Shown in pieces: positions 48,801-60,800 of a stretch of 64,000 nt of DNA. This DNA comes from Bispira polyomma (taxonomy: Eukaryota). The notes beneath the pieces are model-generated. The model searched no databases, was not told the origin of the DNA, and saw only the letters and a list, made by a program, of their open reading frames with translations. The position numbers were made by a program, and so were the translations under genes. Within the stretch, counting starts at the first letter, position 1, and each line of letters opens with the position of its first letter. The stretch covers positions 4,526,001 through 4,590,000 of the forward strand of contig OZ287761.1 in NCBI GenBank assembly GCA_965649765.1, read 5' to 3'.

Positions 48801-51800
48801 CAAACAGACTTCTGTTCTCTGTCTATTCAATAAAATCATTTTCACTCCTAGTTTAATATGAATGCTTGTTATTTTGTACAGAAAAACCTCTTTTATTACT
48901 GGAAACTTCAATTAGCCAAACCAAATCTTGCTCTCCCAACATGTTCGGATAAGAGAGATTTTACTGAACTTAATTGCTGTTGGTCGAAATTTGGACAACT
49001 TCGCTTTAGTTAATTATGAGAAGACAAATCGGATCAAGAGCAGTGGTGTTCACTTTTCGTGGCAAATGAATGAGACTGAACCATATTGGTTTTTGTTTGA
49101 CGTTTGTTATAGGGTTAGTAATCTACTTTCCAAATAAGGAGTATACGAATGAATTAATTTTGGGGGGAGTTTACATTTAGCTCAATCCTCAAGTTTGTAC
49201 CCTGTCATACCCTCATTATATTTATAGCGTAGCTCTGTATTTTCAAGTTTAATTTTAGCCAAGCTGATGTAGCTCCATCATTGGTTTCTTCATTGTATGT
49301 ATTTTATTTATCGTACGCTGCATGAAGGCAAATTATAATGGTACAATTGTTGAAAATATGTTTAATGGAAGTACTAGTATTGATCAAGTTTGTAATGAAG
49401 AACCTCTGTTTTAAACTTTCAAGTTTTTTTGAGTCAAACGATCATAAAAAGTTTCATAAAATAGATGAGGTGTTTTAATATAAAATTATAGCAATATATC
49501 TATGTACTATATGTACACTGTAGACAGTGAACATGGTAGATAACAAGTCAAATATTTAAATCGTTGAAACTTCAGGTTCTACTGCAAGTTGCATTTTTGG
49601 TAGGAAATTATCAGATGAAATCACTTGCCAAATACGCGGGTAACTCTTCCACTTTTTCAAAGTTAAGCTCCTCAAAGAAAACCTCCAGGCCAACCAGATT
49701 TCTCCTGTATCCTGTGAGGTCAAATGCTGATAGTAAATTGAGTCTGTCCTTTAAAATTCCTAACAGTGTTTTCTGAAAAATATAAGACCATAGAGTGATG
49801 TCATGGGAGGTGTCAAGAATTGCTCATAGATTCTGGAATGCAAGCCTCTTTGTAGACTTGCTTACAAGTTTTTACTGTTGGTGAAACACTGAATGACTGC
49901 ATTATTCAAGTTCCTATTCTGTTCAAAGGGAGTCAGCACTAGTGTTTTTTTTATAACTGCCAGTTTCTTCATTTTATCCTAAAGGTAATCTATGCACAGA
50001 GGGAAAAACTTTAAAAATCATAATGCCCTCATTGAAGGACCTTGCACAAGGTCTAGCCTCTTTGTGTCTATTGTTTTGTGAGATAGCAAAAGTCATTATT
50101 CTCTAGAATTGTTGTTGGGTATGTATGTATAAAACATGAATATATATTTAAATGCAGTGCTGAAAGTTGTGGTAAAAAGAATACGCTAGACTGTGTGAAG
50201 ACCATAGACCTTTAACTCTGACTTGGCAAATGGAGGATGTAGTAGAGGATGTGCTCGTGCATGAATGTGGGTGATTAAAATGTTAACTTTATATATGGTA
50301 AAAAATCAAATGAAGTCAGTAAAATTGAAATGCGTTGTCATTTTTATACTGAAAATAGCTGTAAATGCATAGTATGTGCCTGATTATACACAGGACAAAT
50401 GGTATAGGCTTTATATTAGTAAAACAACTCTTCACTCTCTGAGGTTAAATGAAAAAGCTAGCTTGTGTAGTTTTTTGTGAGACACTTACTTCATAATCCA
50501 CACTTGGCCATGATACAGAAGAGACACCATACTTGTACTTTCTCTCACTGAAAATATAAATACATAAACTTGTACATAAAGACCAGCCAAGGCAAGAGGC
50601 TAAACGAGTGGCCTTTTCCAGCAGGCTCATCAATGATGTTTCAACGTTGAATCAAAATGTGACATCACCATTGGTTGCAGGGTGAGAATAGAAACAGTAG
50701 TGCGTATCCTACTTGGATTTCGGGTTAAGACCAGCCAAAGAAAGAGACCAAATGAGTGGCCTTTCCCAGTGGACACATCAACGTTGGTTCAACGTTGAAT
50801 AAAAAGGTGAAATCACTTGGTTTCAGGGTTAAAATGCAAATGGAAACGAAAGTCCATATCCGACTTGGATTTTAGGTTAAGACCGCCAAGGAAAAAGACT
50901 AAACAAGTGAGCTTTAACCATAGTTGCAAAAGTTTCTTCCACATCCAATTCTTTGCACGATTTGATGACAACTCAAAAGGCATTTACTTGTAGATGTGTC
51001 CTTAAGGTATAGAGTGACTTAATCTGGAATACACTAAATGCTCCCATATTTTCATCCTTGAGGCTAAGGTAGAACCCTCGGCCTGTTTATTCTCAATGGC
51101 TTTTTCCTTGTGATCCTAGTGTCTCCCAACATTCTTGCATGCTCTTTCTGATGAAGATATTAATGAAATGCTTCATATAGTATCCTCTGCTACATGAATT
51201 AACATGACAAGAAATAGGACTTTAGACATAAAAAGAGTTTGCAGACCTTGCCAAACAAGAAAGTGATGTAATGGAAACATTTAATTGACATTAAATAGTG
51301 CTTTAGAGAAACAATTCTGTCTGTTCTTTTTTTCTCATCAATTAAAAACTTTAAGATATCTTTATCATGTTTTACTCACAAACATGGAAGATCGCAGTCA
51401 CAAGACAATTCGTTGTTGATAAACTTCTTTGTGATGTCTTGTCTGCACAGTTCTATTAAAATAGAGAATTTTAATGCATGGTGACATAAATTGCAGAATA
51501 AATATGGCTGTAGTGTGCAGGAAATAATAACGCTTAAGGAATTTTTAGACAATTGACATGGTTTCTGTTTCCACATGTAGAGGAAAGTACAAAATATATA
51601 TAAAATAACCCAATGGTTAATATTTTAGCATTTTGTGAAACTGTCATGAAAGTCTTGTGAATTTCAATAAAAATCAGTAACTACAATAAAATCTCTCGTG
51701 TAAACAACTTTGACAAGTGAACATTTTTCCCCTGATACTGTATGTGTTTTGCCTTACTTTAATGTTTATATCTTTTGAAATCCAATAGGAAAACTGAAAT

Positions 51801-54800
51801 ACTTGTAGGGGATTGGAAATAGCTTGATAGTGTCCAATAATATTTGAGATAACAGAAATTTTGTTAAAAAAGTACAGTTATCAGTTGTATCATAAATTGT
51901 AAAGTGACATGGATTGTTGGCCACCCAGGGGATTGAACTGTTACTCTAAAGCTAGGTGAGGGTAACATTCCTACTGAGGCTGGCCAAATAATATTGCAAA
52001 TTATCATCATATTTGTTTAAATATTGAGAAGTAACCAGTGTTGCCTGGTGTAAAACATTTAGTTTTTGTTGTTTAGTATAGAACAGTTAGAACAAAATAA
52101 CTCTACTACAGCAGGATTTCCACTTAATAGGGCGAAATCTAAATTCAAAAGGTTGTTGTTAGACTACAGATTTTTCTCCTTGTACTAGGAAAATCAGTTT
52201 AACAGAGTTCTGCTTGTTTAAGTTGAACTTGTCAAAAAAGCCATATTATCCACCGTAGTGCAATTCTTAGGCATTTACTGTCACAAATAGCACCCTGGTA
52301 ATGAGACCGTCATCATTAAGTCACACTACACGTTTCATATATTGTGTTTTAATGTACAAATGTTTTGTATTAAAGCTTTGTTAAATAGTTGACTGAAAAT
52401 TTCCATAAATTAACTGATTTTTTAAATGCAAAATTCCTCAGAATTTCCAGTTTCTTCTGTTTCTTCCAGTTTCTTCCACTTGTCAAGAAGATATTTTTTT
52501 TTTCCAAAACAACAAATCCAACCCTGGGTTTAACTGTATGTACTTATGGTCTTACCTTGCTCTTCATCATGTATATTACAAGCTACACTGTTGTTTCCAA
52601 AGGCCTCGCCCTTGATTGGGTACTGTGGGTCCCCGCAATGGCAACTTTTTACAATGTGAGCTTGATAGCAAGTCTTGGAACAGGCCTGGAATATAGTTTA
52701 TATCGATGTTACAGGGGTAGGGTGGATGCAAGTTATGATAAAATGATATTTATTTATGCTTGATTTATATAACTTCATACTATGAAATATAGCACATGTT
52801 TTGTGGTGTGTGAAACATGTGCAGACAATAATCTGACGTTATCATACTGCTGCTAAATTTAATTGTCTCTCGTGTTTTTGCTCAGCTGTTTGAACAATTA
52901 GAATCAATGTTCACAGAAAATACAGTGGAAAATTATACCAGAGCTGTATTGTATTTAGTAATTAGCTTGCAGAGTTTTTGACAGATTTGATCTGAGATGA
53001 CCTTCAGCAAGTTTTACCTGAATGTTTGTCTCGGATATCGAAATAACTTTAAAATACACTCTGTCTCGGATATAGAAATAACTTTAAAATACACTCAAGT
53101 TGAAGACAACAGGCTTGGGGTCTCCATCACTGTATTTGAAGTTGGCACTGAAAATTCCATTAAAAGGAATGGTCACAACTATAGGTTATTTGTAAGGATA
53201 CAGATCCAGGGGTATAAAAACTGAGCAAGTGCTCCCCAATAACGCATTGCTGTCAGTCAGTAAAGGGTTCAATATTAGAGAGGCTAATATTTCCTGTTTA
53301 CACGGGCGTTCACAATACCGGTCTGGTCAAAATACTGTCCGTTGCATTTTTAAAGAGTTTAACAAGGGAAATTAATATAAAAAACACATGCTCCTTCATC
53401 CCTATAAAATTAAGTACAGAATGCTTTATTTTATTGTGAAGAAATCTATGTTTGAAGCATTGAAATGTGCGTCGAACGATATTATGGCCCGATCGGTATT
53501 TTGAACGCCAGTGTAGAAACATGGGCTTTTTATGCTACCACATCTGATTGGAAAAGGACTTTAAAAGTCTTTGTATCATGTCTACAGCAGGCACATACTC
53601 TTTATCTTTGATTTTAATAATGGTGAGACCTAAAACTGGAATACATTTGCCAAGTTTTGTGCACAACAATATATAAGACTTTTCTCTACTGTGCTAAACC
53701 TTTCTGATGGTAATAATTTACTTACATTCAGACCATAGGTTGTATCATACAACTCTTCAAACACGTTCCTGGTCAGGTTTTTCCTCATATCACTGATGCA
53801 TGCGTATTCACCATATGGATGTGGGAGTCTCTGGACCTCCAGCTATGTCAATACATTGTTCACGTTACAGTAAATTATCTACAATATGCCACATTTCTGA
53901 AATTTGCCATACGATAAAACCTAGAACAATTTAAGCAATAGGTAAATGATAAGCATGCGGTCTTGCTATAAGCATATACTGTATTGCTTCTATTATCCAG
54001 GCAAATTCTTGATCTCAACTGGTCTGGCTAGGTTGTTGCTCCACTAGATAATTCAACTTAGACCCTCTTGTCAATGGCTTGTCATCCTACCAAAATATAT
54101 TCCTTGTCCAGGGCAGCCCTTTATTTTCCAAATAATTTGTTTCTGTCCCACCTTGTTAAACTATTAGACTCTTTACTTCAATGGTTAAGGTTGCAGTCCT
54201 GATGGCAATACCTATCCATCTACCAGCTAAGTAATAGGACCCCGCTGTGGCCTACTGGTTAGAAACGCCCGCTTTACAATCACTGACCTCTTGCCAATGT
54301 GGGTTCGAACCTTGCTTTTTCATTCATGTGGGAAAGTTTGTCAGGTAATTGCCGTAGTTCGGTCATTTAGAGGGCTTCAGCACTGGTTTCTACCGCCATT
54401 GAATCTGGTTATCATGATGTAACCTATGCTGTTAAAAACGTCCTAAAACTTAACTATATTCCAAATTCTACCTGGCAATACTACAACCAATTTCACATAT
54501 TTCAGCCTTCTAAAATACATACAAATTTTTATTGTATAGATTTCAACTAAACTAAAAAAAAATTATTGTATAGATTTCAACTAAACTAGAAGATGTTGAA
54601 CCTCTAGTGTTTCAATACAAATGTGTATTTGCACAGAAAGATTGTTGTATTTCTAACTTACAAACTTACATACAAAGCTGTAAACCTGTGTCAGCCCCCA
54701 TATCTTGCCTCATTGTTGTCTTTCAGCAGGCTTACCAGGGAAAACAGAATTTCAGTCACTAATACCAGGACTAGTAAATGATTAGATCCTATTCCTTCTC

Positions 54801-57800
54801 TGTTGCAGCACCTACCCTATGGAATAATTTACCAACCAATATACGATCCCAGGAAACCCTCACTGGCTTTAGAAGTAACCTTAAGACCCACCTCTTCACC
54901 CTTGCGTAGCCTCCATAGACATCTTTCTCCTTCACGTCACCCTGATCTCAAATTCGCTTTGGAAACAGACTATGATTTTTGCAACTTTGCCAATGATGGT
55001 GCGCTTTAGAAGGTGCCTGGCATCATTTATGCCCATTAAAAATCTATCATATCATCATCATATCACTTACAGCCCTGATAGCGATGCCTGTCCCTCGACC
55101 AGGTAAAACGACCAGTCCTTCATCCTCTGGAAAAGACATCTGGTCGCCGGGATGCACCACTAGCACCACACCCGCAGCCTCCCCAATCTTAGGGATGTAC
55201 TCGTACTGGCCAATATCAAGCTCCATGCGCAGACCTATAAAGTGTGGTCAAAAATACTTAAATGACTTTGGAGTTTGTAATATTACATGTGTATTCATCT
55301 TAACCCAGAAGTGTTTCTAGTGATCAGTTTAAAAAGCTCAAGCCCTCTTGGTTGGTTTAACATTATCCTGCTATTTGAGACCGTGTTCTACACAAAACAC
55401 TAGTCACAGACCTACCATAAGGTGTCTTTCTATTGATCTGGTTCTATTTTGTCTATCTCTACAATAGTATTAAAAGTTAATATAATAATAGTCTTTATTA
55501 CAAAAATTTACATCCTGTATAAATCTTTTTTTACAAAGCGTTCTATAATTGTGTAACATTTATCATGGGCATACCACAACGTCTCCCTTTTCTTGTGGCT
55601 ATTTTATCATTACCTCTACAAATCTTTTTTTTTACACAGTGTTGTAATGGACATACCATAACGTCTTCCTGTTTTTGAGGCTGTTCTATCATTACCCTCT
55701 ACAAATCTTTTTTTACACAGCTTTCTATAATTGTGTAACATTTATCATGGGCATACCACAGCGTCTACCTTTTCTTGTGGCTATTCTATCATTACCGCTA
55801 CAAATCTTTTTTACACAGCGTTCTATAATTGTGTAATATTTATCATGGGCATACCATAACGTCTTCCTTTTCTTATGGCTATTCTATCATTACTCTCTAC
55901 AAATCTTTTTTTACACAGTGTTGTAATGGACATACCATAACGTCTTCCTGTTTTTGAGGCTGTTTTATCATTGCCCTCTGCAGAACTGTTCCACCCAGCA
56001 TTATATACATAACAGTTGCCATAGACAGGATCAAAGAACCAATCAAAGTCTCTGTATGAAATATCAAAAACACTGTATATAGAGATTTGCTGATATTTCA
56101 CAAAAAAACAGGAAACTCCCTCCGTACGTATAGCTTATGCTTTCATAATAGCCAACCCCCACTATTCAATAAATACAGTTAAAATTTTGCACAGAAAACT
56201 ATATTTTTTTATAGCCCATCCCCTATATTTCCTTAAACATTTCTTTATAGCCCATCCCATACATTTTCTTTAAATTCAAGTTAAAAGCCCATGGATCATT
56301 CAAAGAGTGTTTAGGGTGTATTGAAATCAACATTCTTGAGATGAACTACTTGGCACAGACAAATAATTACTTCCTTGTAAATTTCACCTGTTTTTAAAAA
56401 TCAAAAAAAAAAATGAAGTACCTAGATGCTATGCGATCTGTCTTCACAAGAAAATCCGCCCATATTGTATTGTGAAATAATTGAATTAAATGACCGCTTT
56501 TTAAATAAGAGTTCACATACTTCTCTTCACATTTGATTCCCATGTAGGAACAACTTGCTATCAGATCATTCAGTGTGTACCCAAGGTTTCTTTTCGTTTG
56601 GTCATCCATTTCTGCCAGTATCTAGGAAGAGTTGATGTAACTTAAATATTCAGTGTTAAATATATGGAAAGAGAATAAGAAAAACAGAAAATATCAGGGT
56701 TTTTTGCCAAAGTTCAATGACTTTGTAAATGATATGTAAATGAGAAGCTTAAACTATGAATAAAACATCCACCTGGTACTGTGTTGTAAGAAGCTTAAAC
56801 TATGAATAAAACATCCACCTGGTACTGTGTTGTAAGAAGCTTAAACTATGAATAAAACATCCACCTGGTACTGTGTTGTGAAAAGCTTAAACTATGAATA
56901 AACATCCATCTGGTACTGTGTTATGAGAAGCTTAAATTATGAATAAAACGTCCCTCTGGTACTGTTTTGTGAGAAGCTTAAACTATGAATAAAACATCCT
57001 TCGGATGCTGTGTTGTGAGAAGCTTAAACTATGAATAAAACATCTATCTGGTTACTCTGTTATGAGAAGCTTAAACTATGAATAAACATCCATCTGGTAC
57101 GGTGTTATGAGAAGCTTAAACTATGAACAAACGTCCATCTGGTACTGTGTTGAAATTTCCGAGAGTTCAGTAAAAACCTGGGTGTACAACGCCTTTCCAA
57201 GTGGTACTAGTAATTTACATCTGTACCATTAAGGCAGTATTCATAGAAAGGTATTAGTCTTGATTTAGTCTTGAGCTTAACATTAATGTCTCAAACATCT
57301 AAAACTGCTGTACTGTTCGTGTTAAGAGCAAAGTAGACACTAAGCAAATGTCTTGTTTTATTGACGACGATAAAAATCTGAACCTTCTTGGCTAAAATCA
57401 AAGAATAGAATAGAATATATTTGATTATAGTGTCACGTAAGATACGCATACAAAATCAATTATTGACATATATCACGACAAACCCAGCCTCATACAGGCT
57501 TAGAAGACACTATGGACACATTGTATAAAAATAGTGACCTTTTAAAGTATAATTTAGAGAGAATGTATGATAAAAAAGATAACATAATAGATTAATCTAA
57601 ATTGTATAATAACATTCTTCTTTTACACCATGCTTTTTGTATATAAGATGCTAAACAATAGACTTTTGTAGTCGACATTATAGTTGTAAAAAAATCAGTA
57701 ACACGTATTGTTACATTTATATTTAATTCTTGATATTGTAATTTTCTTGAAGTGTTTTTCATCTTCAACTGAGTTGCTATTACAAAATACACATAATCTA

Positions 57801-60800
57801 TTTTCAGTTGAAAAAAAAACAACAAAATCTTAAGTCCTTAGACTTATTAGTTAAGCCTAAGACCTTTAGTGAATACCACACCTGGAAATAGCTTACCTGG
57901 AACAACTCTGGTGAATATCACACCTGGAAATAGCTTACCTGGAACAACTCTGGTGAATACCACACCTGGAAATAGCTTACCTGGAACAACTCTAGTGAAT
58001 ACAACACACGGAAATAGCTTACCTGGAACAACTCTAGTGAATACCATATCTGGAAATAACCTACCTGGAACAACTCTTCTTGTTTTCTGAACTCGTCTCG
58101 AAGCCCTTCCTGCAGAATTAGTATATTTAATCTCTGTAGTGTCATTGAGAATTGTTTTAACAGCATAACTAACAACAATATTATTATTCTTTTAAAAGAT
58201 CTCTACAATATATCTATTTATATATACAATATTTTTCAATTTCAGGAACAATGTTGAAATTTAAATTCTACTTACTCCTCTTCTAACATTCACTTGGTCA
58301 ATTATTGTTTGCAAAATGGAGCGTACACTATAATAACATTGATTCAGACATGTATGGATTCAATTTAACTGCATGGTATATGATTGTTGAAGTCGTGAAT
58401 CATTTGACCTATTTCACATACTAAACTCCACATGCTGAACATTGTCTACCTCTAACCAACATGCTTAATACATTAAGTTTCAGTATTTGTAATTGCCTAC
58501 TTTATTGAACTATCTCCGTACTAATGATGTTCACGATTCTGAATACCCTTGGCATTGGCTACCCAGTATACTCCGTACAAAGTCAATGTACATTATGAAA
58601 GTGGCCAAGATCAAGGATGGCCAAAGGTAACTAAAACCTGTACACATAGTGAAAGAAACTGAAAGATATGCTCTAGATACTAGACGTATAATATATAGTA
58701 TGTCTGTACCAATTAGGTTTCATTTGTCAAAAGTATTAGTGTTGTTACCAGTAGAGACAGTACAAACTGACACAAATATGCTCCAAATACTAGTAAAATA
58801 AGAAGGCATTTCTGTAACAAAAAGATTACAGTTTATCTTTATACAGACAGTTGTTACCAGTATATAGTACAAACTGACCAAGATATGCAGAAGATATCTC
58901 TTCTTTCTTTCAGTAACCCCAAGAGAATTTCGGTTTCCTCTGAACAATAATAACATTGATTCAGATATGTATGGCTTAAATTTAACTTGGTGGTATATGA
59001 TTGTTGAAATGGTGGATCATTTGACCTATTTCACATGCTGAACACCACATGCTGAACATTGTCTAGCTCTAATCAACATGCTTAATACATTAAGTTTCAG
59101 TATTTGTAATTGCCTACTTTGGTTTGTATCAAAGACTCTGATTGGTCGGAAGTCAGGACTGGTAGATTACCTGTGTGAGATCTATGGGTAGGTTATCCAT
59201 ATCATCGAGCAGGAAATCCGAGAGGAGTATGTTGTCGGGTAGTAGAACATTGGGTAGCGGGATATGAGGGACAGGTGTTGTACTGGTGACCTGCTCCGTT
59301 GTGGTGACTGGTGGTTCTGTGAATAGAGTCTCGTCTATAATGTATTAATGCAGTATAGATAACCTTTTTTTTTCATATATATAGTACACAATATACATTA
59401 TAAAAAACTTACACAAACGCATGGAATGGAATACGACAAGCTCAAATTCGTCATTCTGAAATTACTGATTGATTACTTGTTTTCATATCTAGTTTCAGAG
59501 ACAATTCAATCTTTTTTAAGATTTTACCAAAAGATTCTTCGTAAATAGTGTGTTTCTTTCAATTTCCATAGAGAATCTTTATTATTCCTGGTTTATTTTT
59601 TAAGGTCAATAAAAAGTCTTCCATTAGAAAAGGGTTTTAATTTGTTTTTCTGTTGTTTATAAACCATTTTCCCAGAAGGATTACATAATTTATTGAGAAG
59701 AGTGTGCTGTCCTGACATGGTAGACCAAAAAACACTTCACACGTGGTGAGTTCTAGGTCTTGACTACTGAAAGAGTTAAAGCTAACAGGGTGTTAATGTT
59801 TTGCCAAAAGTTTACAGTTGATTTGCAGTAAATTAGGTGATGCTCTAAAATATAACATCTTCTGAGAATAGTTTTATTATCCCAGTTCGCAAAGCCCACC
59901 TCAAATTATTAGATGTGATTGTGATCCTGCTTTAAAGTCCTACCTGTAATAAGAGCCATAGAAACGGTGCTGCACTGTTTTCACAAAGCACCTACTAGTA
60001 TATACTAAGGAGAAAGGATCTGCTCAATTTCATAGATAGTATGTTTCCATGGTAAAACAAGGCATACTACTTAGTGGGATACCAAATAGTTGACTGTGTA
60101 ATAGTATTTTGTGGGATCTTGTAAAATAGGGGGATGGAATCAAAGTCAATCTCACTTAGTTGATATTCAAAAACAGCAAATAGTACAATGCTCACTATAA
60201 GCTACATTATAAAGTATTTAAACACACTTCACTGACCACTAATTCTGATGACAAACACTTTGAATTCAAGGATACCGTTAAATTTCCAGATATACACTTA
60301 ACTTCTAATACCTGTTGGTATAAGTTGTCTGCAGTACAACTTATCTTCTATTTCATTTTTACTCAGTAAGACACTTAGATCATGCCAGACAAACTCTGCA
60401 CTGGGTGGAATCCCCTCAGGTATTTTGAAGTCGCTGCCATTGGACGGAATTGCAAATGGCATCATCCAGGATGAATCATTGTAACCTGAACAGAAAATTT
60501 ATTGTTCGTTTCAAGTAGGTTTACAGTTTGAAAGAGAGAGTATCAAATGTTATCTATGATTATTTACTGTTGACAGACAATGTTAATCAGTGGTAAGTAG
60601 TAAATAAGAGCCTGGATATGAACATTCTTGTTTCCTGCCAGGTAAACAAAGCTTCCCCCAAATATAAGCACTCCACAGATGATCTTATTTAGATTCTGTC
60701 TTATATTACTTCGATGGAAAGTAGGGGGCCACAGTGGCCTAGTGATTAAAAGGGCTTGCTTCACAATCACTGATCTCAAATCACTGTAGGTTAAAATCCA

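Noticed and set aside
56741-58076. CRISPR-like regular repeats (45-bp and 42-bp units)
   Set aside because: These are head-to-tail minisatellites with no unique spacers and no cas genes, in a eukaryotic intron.
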